Shown one piece after another: positions 11,614-22,531 of a stretch of DNA of 52,821 nucleotides. The position numbers and the translations under genes were made by a program. The notes under the pieces were generated by a model. That model saw only the letters and a program-made list of their open reading frames with translations, did no database searches and was not told the origin of the DNA. Origin of the DNA: Mesotaenium endlicherianum (taxonomy: Eukaryota); contig WELA01001240.1 in the NCBI GenBank assembly GCA_009602735.1, positions 25,005 to 77,825 on the forward strand. Direction: 5' to 3'. The stretch's first letter is position 1, and every line of letters begins with the position of its first letter.

Positions 11614-12550
11614 TGTAACGATCCGAGCTATTTTAGGCGTATTTGGGACGTTTTCCCAATTACCTAAAGTACGTTATACTATTTATCATATTATTTGATA
11701 AATGATTGCATCATATTCAATTATTCGCCACACGTGTGTGCCGATTAATTCCTGGTCGATTGGCGAAACGACCGAGATACTATTGCAAAAAGCGTCGTAA
11801 CGTAACTCGACTACTTCGCAAAAGTACGACATAATTATTCATAAAGTTACTTTGATTAATTATGAGATGATAACTTATTAAAACATTGATTGATTAAGTT
11901 GATTTGATTGTCATTATTTCAACAATGCACAATCACAGATTTCGAATTTACGACCAGTCGTTAATACGAACAAACCGTCGAATCAAGATACGAACAAACC
12001 GTCGTAAAGACAAACGAAACGAAATATGCAAAGTCGCTTTGCATCGACGCGGATTCGAACCCGCGACTTGTCGTTTGAAACGTTCACACCTAAACCAATT
12101 GGCCAAGTAGTTATTCGTAACTGCTGGTTCATGACGTAATCATTTGGACGTGACTCTGCGAACAGTCGCGACAAAAAGTCGCGAGAACGCGAAACGCCCG
12201 TTTGGCGCGAACCGGTTTTTTGAAAACCATTGAAAAGTCTCCAAACCGCCAAACGGCGCGTTTCGAGCATTCGGCCGAATGGGACACGTCCCTTCGACCG
12301 TTTTCGTTGAACATGAACCAGTGCCCTAGGTGGTGACTCGAAGCACTCCAGTGCCTCATGTTGTGCAGGTATAAATACCTGTAGAGTCATTGTGAGTGCA
12401 ACTCTCACAAGCATACATTCTACGTTAGTTAACATTTTTGCTCTTTAGAGTATTCGTCGATTTGCACAATTATACAGATTTTCCTTCCACTTGAATGAAA
12501 TATTCCTTGAATACCGAGGAAAGATCCTCTCAAAAAGCAGAAACGTAACA
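11614..12550 (+). mobile_element. Orphan LTR-like segment (~937 bp) of a third family
   Basis: TGTAACG...CGTAACA ends, internal TATAAATA near 12370 and abrupt junctions with unrelated elements on both sides. It is a single copy with no TSD, so the call is tentative. Confidence 0.55.
12041..12113 (-). other. Degenerate tRNA-like sequence / Pol III A- and B-box inside the LTR-like segment
   Basis: Minus strand shows an A-box-like TGGCCAATTGG with a D-arm-like gcc...ggt stem and a B-box GGTTCGAATCC at tRNA spacing. The acceptor stem does not pair. Confidence 0.55.
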
Positions 12551-12809
12551 GGCCGTGCCGGGCTGCGTGCGCACGCCACGTGGAAGGACGTGTGCGCAGC
12601 TGGCGTGCGCAGCTGCTGCTCTGGTTGCCGAGCTGCGATCTTGTAGATGGCTGCCCAGCAAGCCTCGTGCCGCCGTGTGCGGTGTGAGCGGACGCGTAGG
12701 AGCGCGAGTGTGCGCGTGGCTACCGACAGGAGCGATTTGGCCTGCCGGACACGCGGCAAATGTCGGCGCCTGCTGGACCCTGCTGCTTGCAGCAGCCAAC
12801 AGGGGGCGA

Positions 12810-14723
12810 TCATCCTGGCGTTGCCGGCTGGTGCGCAGATCTGCGCACGGGCTGGAGACGCGTACGGCGAGGGGCGCTGCAGCCGTGTGTGCTGCAAACG
12901 TGCCACTCAACTGGCGAGCGCGCCCAGTTGCGACAGCTGTCGATGAGCAGACTGCCGGCAGTACCGCTGGCGTCAGCAGATCGGCACGAGCCAGAGGGGC
13001 TGCTGGAGCCTGCAGCAATGCTGGCGTGTGTGCCGGACCGTGGAGGGGCGCGTCGGGCAACGTCTGTGACGCAGGGTGGCGAGGCCGTGTGAGCTTGCAG
13101 CCTGCCACCTGGCAGATTGACAGGACGAGGGGAGCGGCTGCTGACGGATATCGGCGCAATGTGCGCAGGTCTGGCCGGTCCGTCTGCACAAACGTCTGTG
13201 GCGCTGGTCGCCGTAGCTCTGTCGAGGAGCGAGCACGTGCGAGGCTGCAACGCTGCTGTAGCGCCAGGTGCCAGCCTCTGGGGCTGCCACGTGTCAGCAT
13301 TGTGACTGTGCGCAGGAGCTGCGCAGACGCCAACTGCCGAAGCTATAGCGTCGGACGGCGGAACGCGGGCGAAGAGGGCTCCGCATGCGTCATAACTGTT
13401 GGCGGCGACGAGACCACGGAGTCTAGCAATCTCCGCATTGGCCTCCACGAGGGCGTCAGTGACGTTGTCGAAACTGTAGTAATCAACTCCGCAAGTCAGT
13501 GCGGCGTCCATCGTGGCCGTGGCTGCCGTCATTGAGGAGCGTCCACCTGTGCGAGGGTTACACATGCCCCGAAGTCCTGCTGCGGGCGCAGGGCCGTCAC
13601 GAGCGCGTCCGTTCTCGACGTCGCGCTTCTTCTGCAGGCATACAATCTGCAGGTGGCCGGCCTTGCCACAGTAGGTACAGTCACCGGGCTTGCCATTCTG
13701 CGCAATAGTGCAATTTTGGCGAGAGTAGCCCGTCTTCTCGCAAGACCAACAGGGGTCGCTCGTCGTGGCGGCCATGGAAATGCGGCCACGCGGAGCCCCG
13801 CGCTGCTGGGTCTGCTGGGACAGCTGAGAGCGCTAGGGCTGCTGCTGCTGCTGGGGCTGGCGAGCCGGAGCTGGGCGCATTGTCGTGGATGGCAGTATCG
13901 AAGACTCCTGGCGTACGCCCGTGGATGCGAGGCCTACATGGTCGTTGATGTTGCTCCGTGCGGCGGCCAAGCTCTGCTTCTCGACTGAGAGGTAAGCGTC
14001 CTCTAGCAAGTACTCGGAGCCGATGTGGTAGATGAGAGGAGCCATGGCTTCCTCCCTCAAACGTGGCTCTACGGCGCGCAAGAAGATCTCCGCTGCCTCT
14101 CGGTCATTGACGGTGCCAACGTCTCGGCGAAGGTGCGTCAAGTGGCGGTACATCGTGCGGATCGTCTCGTTCTTGCGGCGGAAGAAGTGGTGCAACTCGT
14201 ACACCTTCTCTTCGGTCGCGGCCTGGAACTCCTTCCTAAGGACGTCCCAGAAGGCCTTGACCGGATCAGCGAGGGGGGTCTCTACTGGGGGTTCCCCCAC
14301 AGGCTCTGTGCGTGCGTGGATCTCGTCACCCTTCTCACGGAATGTGTCACGGGCCTTGTGGAGGAGATAGCGTATGAGCGTTTAGAACACGTCACGCTTA
14401 GTGAGCGCGGGCGTCTTAAGCCTTGCGGTCACAAACTCAGCCTCGAAGTCTGAGATTGTGTCGTCCAGATCACAAGTTCCAGGTCTGCCGCTGAAGCGGA
14501 AGAGGGAGGACCTGTTAGCCTTGACCTCGCGGTCACCTGCCATGGGATACCAGGATTCTTGGTGAGCCCACTGGGAAGACGGCTCAGGGACAATCACAGG
14601 AAGCACGAGTGCCGGTTGCTCCCCTTCAGAAGCTTCAGTGACAGTACTAAGATCGGAGTTTGAGTCTTCTCCACTAACCCCTTTGTAGTAAGGCTGGTAA
14701 GCACGCCCACTACGGGTAGGCAT
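12810..14723 (-). pseudogene. gag: Retrotransposon gag pseudogene with two zinc knuckles; no pol retained
   Basis: ORFs 14382-14723, 13833-14300 and 12810-13775 share one frame separated by in-frame stops. MPTRSG start, FRFSG, RRKNETIRTMY, and knuckles CWSCEKTGYSRQNC and CTYCGKAGHLQIVC. Confidence 0.85.
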
Positions 14724-14927
14724 ACGCTGAAGATTCTAATTGCGTGCAGGCAAAGAGAGATCTTTTTAGAAGTAAGGAGTGTGAACTCTCCAAAGTGAGC
14801 ACCTCAAGACTGTAATCTGGTAAAAAACAACTAAAGAAGTCTGACCCAAAAAATCACTAGAAGCACATCATGATCTTCAAGAGTAGTCCTATGGCAGAGG
14901 GTATAAGCTTTGACTTTGCTCACCACT

Positions 14928-15783
14928 TGTGAAGTTCTTCTAGTGACTGGAAGCCAGCAAGGCTTGCTCTTCACAAGAGAGAGACTAAGTGGTCCTGAAA
15001 ACACAAGAGATAAAAGTGTAAGCTTTACTGATAATCTCTGTGACTTACAACTGGCATAATGGGACTTCTAAAAAGATGTTCCTCTAGGGACAACTCTAGT
15101 ACTTATACTCTTGGAAACTCAACGTCGTATGCGGCGGATCCAATGCATGTAGTCATTCTAAGAGGTTCTCTTATGTCCACTAATGTGTACGAGGCATGTA
15201 CTAGCACTCCTATAGGCTAAGCATAACTCAAAGCAATCAAAGCAAAGCACGTAAACTATGCTAAGTGTCTCTCATTGGTGGAGCTTACCTTGGGTGGTCC
15301 TACCTAGATAGCGCCTCAAAAGTGAATCTGGAACTTGAGGAAGCTTCCTCTAGGGGTAGGTGATGCAGTCACCAAGTTATAGCCTCAATGATGCACTTAT
15401 ACTATGGAAATGCAAGACTTATGTAGTCTATAGGGCTCGCGGATTTGTGCACACAAAGCTAGGGGTCCTTGGAGTCACGAATAGTCAACATTGTCACCTT
15501 TGGGTGCATTGAGTCACAAGTTGGCCATTTGGTGTGATTCCGCTAGGTGCCGAAAGGGGTGCGGACTAGATCGCGTCTATCTCGCTCGACAATTAACCAA
15601 ATGACGCAAAATCGGTGCCATTTGGAAGATGCTTCGACGCGCTACACTTTAGTGACTTGGAAATCTAGAGGAGGTCAACATATGGATGCGTAAACTCAAT
15701 GCAAAGTTGGTCTTCCTAGGGTGATGGTTCACACACGTAGAGCTTGGTTTTGTACGTCAACCTCGACATAATAAATCATGACA
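14928..15783 (-). repeat. Probable 5' LTR of the minus-strand gag element
   Basis: Minus strand reads TGtcatga...cttcaCA followed by ag-TGGTGAGC (PBS-like TGG) about 200 bp upstream of the gag ATG. The outer junction at 15784 falls exactly into family A RT sequence (F-S-K-D-E). Confidence 0.55.
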
Positions 15784-16419
15784 TCTCGAAAGATGAAGCT
15801 CAGCATGCTGAACACTTAAAGACAGTCATGGACACTTTGAGAAGAAATCAGTTATATGCTAAAATGAGCAAGTGTGATTTTTAAAGGATAATATTGAATT
15901 TTTAGGCCACGTTGTCAATAAAGAAGGCATCAGTGTGGATCTTAGCAACGTCCAAACCATAAGGGACTGGCCAGTACCACAATCTGTCTCTAAAGTTAGG
16001 TCCTTCCTTGGGTTGGCTAACTACTATAGGAGATTTATTGAGAATTATTCTACAAAGGCCAATAAACTGACTGACCTTACTAAGAAGGACATAGGGTACG
16101 TGTGGGGGAAAGAGCAGCAAGCTGCCTTCTAGACCCTTAAAGATGCTCTCTATTCTGCCCCAGTCTTAGCTGTGTATGACCCCAGCAAACCTGTGCAGGT
16201 GGTCACAGATGAATCTGACTTTGCCATGGATGCTATTTTATTGCAGCCTGCTGACAAAACCACAAAGGATGGTAAGGTGAAGCAGGATTGGCACCCTGTG
16301 TTGTATGAATCTATGAAATTCAACCCAGCTGAAATTGATTCAGTGCATGATAAAGAGCTCCTTGCTATCATTCATGTGCTCAAACAGTGGGGAGCATACT
16401 TACATGGTAAAGCTCTTAA

Positions 16420-18515
16420 CACTAGGTATCCCATCGGACCATATATGGTCCTCGGACCATATATGGTCTAGCTAACCCCCATTTTTCAGCGCTGACCTCC
16501 AGGGTGCTATAGTTGACCAACTGGTACAAATTATGGCTCAAACGAACCGTACAGACTTGAACCTTAGGCGAAAAAATGCAAAATGGTCTTCCGATCATTA
16601 ACGACAAAGTTAGAGTGAAAAGAAGGAGGTTCAAAGTTCAGGTTCACAACAAAATTTCAAGTGAAAAGTCTGTCATACCCGAGGTCACTAAAGAGCTCGT
16701 AGAGCCATGGCTTCTTCTTCAAATGCGCCAAAAATAGTTGTGGGTGGTAAATTACTCATCCCTGCCACCTTCTGGGGAGATGCATGGGCGAAAATGACAT
16801 TTGGACAGTATTACATAGAATTTTTCTTAGTCGGAATTGTGAGAAAAGAGGTTGTGAGGACTAAAAAGGAAAACTCATGGCTCATAGAAGTGTTGTATGA
16901 CAAAGAAAAGAAGCAATGGGAGGCATGGCAGGTCAGGCAGTACCTATCTACAGTGCCTGAAGAGTCCTGGTTTTATTTCGAGCCGCATGTAGTTCGTTTT
17001 GGCTTGGTTTCCTCAGGGGCCTCTTTGCTTTCAAATTCGAGGGAGAATGAGGGTCACAGTCTAATTTCGTCCTCCCAAGATCCAAATGATGACTCACAGC
17101 CAAGGTCTAGTGATGGTGAGGAGGATAAGGAGGATGAGGAGGAAGAGGAGGAGGAGGATATTATGAGGAAGAGGGGCAGGCTTGACACCGGAAGAGGCAA
17201 GCAGCTGATGCTCATTGTTCCTATTGTTAAAAATGAGAAAAGGGAGAGGAGGAGAAGGGCAACTGCTCCACAACCATGATTTCTCCTTAACCATAACTTC
17301 TCCAAACATTGTGGTGCACTACAAAGCACACAAAGACGCTGTTGATCAATTTTACAAGCTCTGTGTGGAAGATAAGTTCTTTGTTGAGACTTCTGCTGTG
17401 AGCTTAAAGTGGTGGCACAAACTATATTGGGATCTATTTGATGCTGCCCTGGCCGATGCCTACATCCTCTACAACCTGGCCCATCCTGAGAGTGACAAGT
17501 ATCCTTCATGTTAGATGTTGTAGCGGAGATGACAGACTTCCATGATCCACATAAGGGAAGGCGCTTTCGTTGGAGTGCGGGGCGGGCTGGGATTGACAGG
17601 TTCCTAGGGAGACACTTCCCTGAGCACCTTCCAGGAGGCTCTAGACCAGGATGTGTAGTGTGCAGGAGCAAGTTGTATGACCTAGGCCATGAGAAGAGTA
17701 AGGTGAGGCCTAGCTATTGGTGCGCAACGTGTGGAGTAGCGCTTTGCCCCGCGCCTTGCTTTGAGGAGTACCATACCAACAGGCACATAGCACATGTAGA
17801 TAGTGGCCTCTACAAGCTGAGTAGCAGTAAGAAGTAGGACTGTAGAGCAGAGGAACTGCAACAGAAACATATATGAAAGACATTGTGCTCCATAAACAGT
17901 TCAGCTTCATGTGTGCAAAGCTGTCGATTCTGCGATATTTTGCAACTAATAATTCATTTTTAAACATTTTAATTCATTATTTTATTTATGAATATTTTTT
18001 TATAAGTTAAGTAAGACCTTACTTTCAAGCTCCGCTTTTCAAATTACTATTTGCATGTGTAAAGAATAAATTATGAATTATTAACTGTGATGCTTTGGTG
18101 CATGAGGCACTAAAAAGTACGAAAAATACCCGGACCCCATATGGTCCACTAAGTACAGAGTGTGCCTCTACAAAGCTACTGATTAGATTGAAGTGAAATC
18201 TGTTTCATATGATAGGTAAGATACATGCCTACCCCAAATTAAATCAACAACTACTTGTTCAAATCCAAATTCATAGTGTGTGAAGGTGAAGTTGGCCCTA
18301 TTTGCTCGTTTTTTGTTACCGTACACACCTTGTACGGAAAGTACACCTTACCTTTTCGAAAATTTCGGGCCACATGGCCAGTGCAATACTTTGTGATGTA
18401 AGCTCTCTAATGGTCTATCACACATAGTCATAGCTTCAGTGGTTATTTCAATATAGTGTGACTTAGGGGGTGCATTATTGGACCATATATGGTCTTTTCC
18501 TTGGGAGACCTAGTG
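16420..18515 (+). mobile_element. piggyBac copy 2: complete ends, internally deleted, non-autonomous (2096 bp)
   Basis: TTAA at 16416-16419 and 18516-18519, TIRs CACTAGGT(A/C)TCCCA. Removing it restores RNase H sequence AYLHGKAL|KVIT, matching AYLHGKAFNVIT in the 22989-23777 ORF. Confidence 0.95.
16707..17837 (+). pseudogene. Internally deleted piggyBac transposase (N-terminal domain fused to C-terminal region)
   Basis: N-terminus is homologous to 708-960, then jumps near 17280 to HYKAHKDAVDQF...KWWHKLY and the Cys-rich domain CVVC...CATCGVALCPAPCFEEYH. The first two catalytic Asp regions are absent. Confidence 0.9.
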
Positions 18516-20648
18516 TTAAGGTGATTACATATCATCTAGCTCTGACTCATTTTCAGAAGAAGTCCAAGCTGTCGAGGAGGGAGAACCGCTGGAGCCAGAT
18601 GCTGGAGCAGTTCCAAGTCCAGATTGATTGCAAACCAGGGAAGTTGGATTTTGCTGATGCACTCTCTAGAAAACTTGACTTGCAAGAAAGGAACTTTAGT
18701 CAACATGCGATAGATAAAGTCCTTTGTGGACTCACTTCACTAAAGGTGAAAAAGTCCTTCTTTGAACAGCTTAGGAAAGCCTACCTTTCTGACCCAACCC
18801 TTGAGCCCAGCTCTACTGATGGTTTGTGTCCTGCTACTGCACTCGGGTACCGGCTAAAGAAAGGGGTGTGGGTAATTGAATCCACTTCAGGCAGGCTGAA
18901 GCTGGTCATTCCTATTAACGTGGAAATAAGGTCACTCTTACTGAGCCAAGCCCATGACAGTTTGTTGGGTGGGCATTTGGGGCAGGCCAAAATTGTTGGC
19001 AAATTGGCAAAACATTATCATTGCGATGGGTTACCTCGGCAGGTCCTAAAATATGTTAAGTCCTGTGATCAGTGTCACAAAAATAAGTCTAGGCACACGC
19101 CACCCGGGGGGCTGTTACGTCCACTACCCATCCCAGCTGGACGCTGGGAAACAATATCCATGGACTGGGTGGTAACACTACCAAGAACTGCAAATGGGCA
19201 TGATTCTATACTGGTAGTAGTGGATAAACTGACATAAATAGTCATTTTCATCCCCACAACTGTCAAAGTAACTGCCCTCAAAACTGCGAGACAATTCTAC
19301 AATCATATAGTATGCCAACACGGACTACCTTATGATATTATCTCAGACTGAGACTCAAAATTTACCTCTAAATTCTGGAGAGCTTAAATGGGGTTAATGG
19401 GAGCCAAACAGCTGCTGAGCACAACAAACCACCCTCAGACTGATGGGCAGACTGAAAGAACTAACCGAATTTTGCAAGAGGTGTTGAGAGCATATATTAA
19501 CCAAAAACAAGATAATTGGGATGACCTGTTGCCTCAAATTCAATTTGCGGTCAATAGTGCGGTGCACGCATCAACGGGAAAGATTCCTTGTGAACTCAGT
19601 ATGGGTAGGGTCCCTAAGTCTCTATTGGATGTGCTAGGGGAGTCTTTAACTCACCCTGAGGGAATTGACAATCCGGTGTCTCTCCAGTTGACTCAGAAGT
19701 TTGCTGACACCCGTCAGAAGTCCAACACAACCTGCACAAAGCCCAGGAAAATCAACAAAAATACGCTAATCAACACCGTCGGCAGCTGACGTTTTCAAAG
19801 GGCAATTTGGTCAAACTGCATTCTCAACACTTGTACCTGCCTGGTGTGGTCAAGAAAAAGCTTAGTCCGGTCTGGGTCGGTCCATATTTTGTGGTGCGCC
19901 GTGTCGGTCAGGATGCTTACAAACTGAACATGTCAGCGGAATACAAGGGTCACCCAGTCTTTAATGTCTCCTTCTTGGAACTAGACATCAAGGGTGACAC
20001 ACTGTTAACTGGTCGGTTACTTGTCCAATTGGGACCAGTCCCCGCTGTGAGGGATGGTGATCCTGAGGAATATGAGGTCGAGGAGATTTTGGACGCTTGC
20101 TCGGTCCGTCGATCATCTAAATATGTCATAAAATACCTGGTCAGATGGAAGAGTTACGATGCCTCTGGGGATACTTGGGAATTTAAGGACCAATTGACCA
20201 ATGCCAAAGGGGCGTTGAAATGGTTCCACCTTCGGGCGGCTGGGGCACCTCCCTAACTGTCATTTTAGTTGACATGGGAAGGTGATAGGAGGTCCTGTCT
20301 CCATTTAAGTTGGAGGGGAAAGTAAGTGGCAGTTAGTGTGCGAGAAAGGGACAGTTATTGAACCCTAAGTGTCAGCATAGTGACACATGGGACAGCCAAG
20401 CCCACATTAAGGAACGTTGGCGGAATAAAAAAGGGACTCGCACATCAATATATCACTTAACTCACCCTACATACACATTCATTTGTTTCTTTTTCATCGC
20501 ACTGCAGCTACGTAAACTCCTAGCAATCACCCTGTAAGGTAAACGGGAACAAATCTACCATAGTAATACAAACTTGCTTCCCTTTTCCTGCAACTTCAGT
20601 GACAAAGATCAAGATCCTACTAGCTGGTGCCCTGATTACATGTGCAGG

Positions 20649-21437
20649 ATGGCTCCCACTACCCAAAAGAAAGACAGAAAGCGCAAGGCAGAAGAAGCCA
20701 AGAGGACAATGGAGCAATACCAGAAAGAGCTGGCGGTGACGTCCCTCATCGGGAGAGGACAAGAAAGGGTCCACAGATAACAAGAGGCGGCAGAGGAAGC
20801 ACAGAGGAAGAAGGAGCAGGTTGCGGAAAACCTCAGGAAAGCTGAGGAGGAGAGACAGAAGAAACAACAAGAAGAAGCGGCGGCGGCAGAGGAGGAGAGA
20901 AAGAAGAAGGTTGAAGCTGACAAGCAGAAGAGCTTGGCCACTTACAGATATACTGTGGTGGGTGCCCAAACCTTTGATAACCTGAAGAAAACATTACTGG
21001 CAGCCCACTTAGTGGACAAGAATCCTACCCTCTCAGAGGAGGAAGATGAGGAGGATGAGGAAGAAGAACCGGGCAGAGGAGAAGCATTAGGAGCTGGTAC
21101 TCAAGAAACCCAGGGACAGGCAGGAGCAGGGCTTCCTAGGGAGCCAAGATCAAGTGTATGGAATGTGATCCCGGTCATGGAAGCAACAGGACCCCGCACT
21201 CGTTCCCCCAGTCCACCTGCCCAAGCAGGGGAAGAAGCTGATCTGACTGTACTTGGCAGCAGACAAAGGCAGAAAACCCTTGAGAACAGGGGTGCCAGGA
21301 GAGGGACGTGCAAAGTGGCCAGAGGTATGCCGACCTCTCCCTTTGCTCAGGGGCATGTAACTCTTGCCAATGTATTTCAGCATCCTACTGGAATGCCTGT
21401 CTATGTGAAGTTCAACATCCAAGTGATTGAAGAATAG
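20649..21437 (+). pseudogene. Family A extra ORF (short variant), unknown function; one in-frame stop at 20778-20780
   Basis: ORFs 20574-20780 and 20934-21437 are in frame. E/K/R-rich coiled-coil-like region, YRYTVVG..FD.LK motif, and C-terminal GMPTSP..GHV.L..V.QHP.G also found at ~26770-26850. Confidence 0.75.
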
Positions 21438-21814
21438 GCTACAATCCTTCGTTCTCCTTGAGGTCCGACTTTAGAACAAACAAGGTTCTTTAGAAGGCCA
21501 ATTGACAGACCTATAGGGCTGTCCAGATACAGGTCCAGATCTCATTCTCCTGGTCCTGAAGAATCAGGAACAACCCCCTAGACATCAAAACCATCCTCTA
21601 GTCAAGCCTTGCTGGGGGTCTCTCTGTTTGCACCCCACAACGGAAGTGGACCAAGGGTGGAGGTGACAGTCCACTGTCACTTGTGATCCCCATAGCTAGG
21701 CAACAGTGTTGAAGCAAGAGGCAGGCCGGTGGGGGGTCAATCCTGTTAGTTCCCAGACCATATAATTCTACAATTGAATGTTGTCGAGGCGACAACAAGT
21801 TAAGTTAGAGGGAT

Positions 21815-22531
21815 TGTGATGAATCAGTATATTGGTAAATATACTATTCATTTAAATAAATTAATTTATTAAGTTCATTATGCTAAACTTTAGTTAATAT
21901 TCAATGTGTTGGACTTTATGAAATTATTAGTTTAACGACTCAGCCGGAAGCAGCAGGCTGAAGTCAACTTAGGTCAGCTTGCTAACACATTCTTTGACAG
22001 CCAGTTGACTTTCGTACTCGGTAGCAGCGAGCTGCCTAGATATGCATCTAAGTGTGATATGCTAGATGAATGGCCAAATGACATCCTTAGGATAGATGGC
22101 GATTCGGGATAATGGGAGATGGCTGTGGATGTGGTTAACCGAGAACGTGCCAACGTAGTTAACTCTCGGGTAGGCGGTGCCATCGCACTTGCCGTTGAAC
22201 AGTATACTCATTCCGTGTACATATGCTAGGATTGCTCTCGAGTTCGGCATTCGAAAACGAGGCCAACTCTCTTGTACTGCCTGCTGAGAGATATCTGAAT
22301 CCAAGGCGAGGAGCCATTGATACGCAACGTCTTCTAGCCTTACTTATGTATGTGTTTACTGCTTGCATTATTGATGCTAGTTTACTTGCATTTGACTTGC
22401 AAGTCATGTCCACTGCTAGTGTGTTGTCTTTTGCTGTTTAATTTGTTAACAGAAAATACCATAAAGATTGCTTGCTGATACAATGATTTTCATTAATTGT
22501 TAGTCGTCTATTGATAAGTCGATTCATTTCA
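21815..22531 (+). repeat. Family A 3' LTR (717 bp)
   Basis: TGtgatgaatc...gattcatttCA, preceded by a PPT and homologous to the solo LTR 2273-2985. Confidence 0.93.

Larger units (their letters stand above)
15784..22531 (+). mobile_element. Decayed family A chromovirus, copy 1 (partial RT, RNase H, integrase, chromodomain, extra ORF, PPT, 3' LTR)
   Basis: Fragmented pol 15784-20256 (VRSFLGLANYYRRF, WETISMDWV, HPQTDGQTER, GPY, YEVEEI...YLVRWKSY...TWE), PPT 21802-21814 and LTR 21815-22531. The right flank resumes RT of another copy (R-Y-G-H-Y-E-F). Confidence 0.92.

Noticed and set aside
12041..12113. Functional tRNA with a UCA (Sec/opal suppressor) anticodon
   Set aside because: Acceptor and anticodon stems do not pair properly, there is no long variable arm, and it lies within a repeat-like segment.
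12555..13535. 326-aa plus-strand ORF and other overlapping ORFs
   Set aside because: GC-rich antisense shadows of the minus-strand gag region.
16420..18515. CACTA/EnSpm transposon, because the ends start with CACTA
   Set aside because: The TSD is TTAA (4 bp, not 3 bp) and the encoded protein has piggyBac motifs and a Cys-rich domain.
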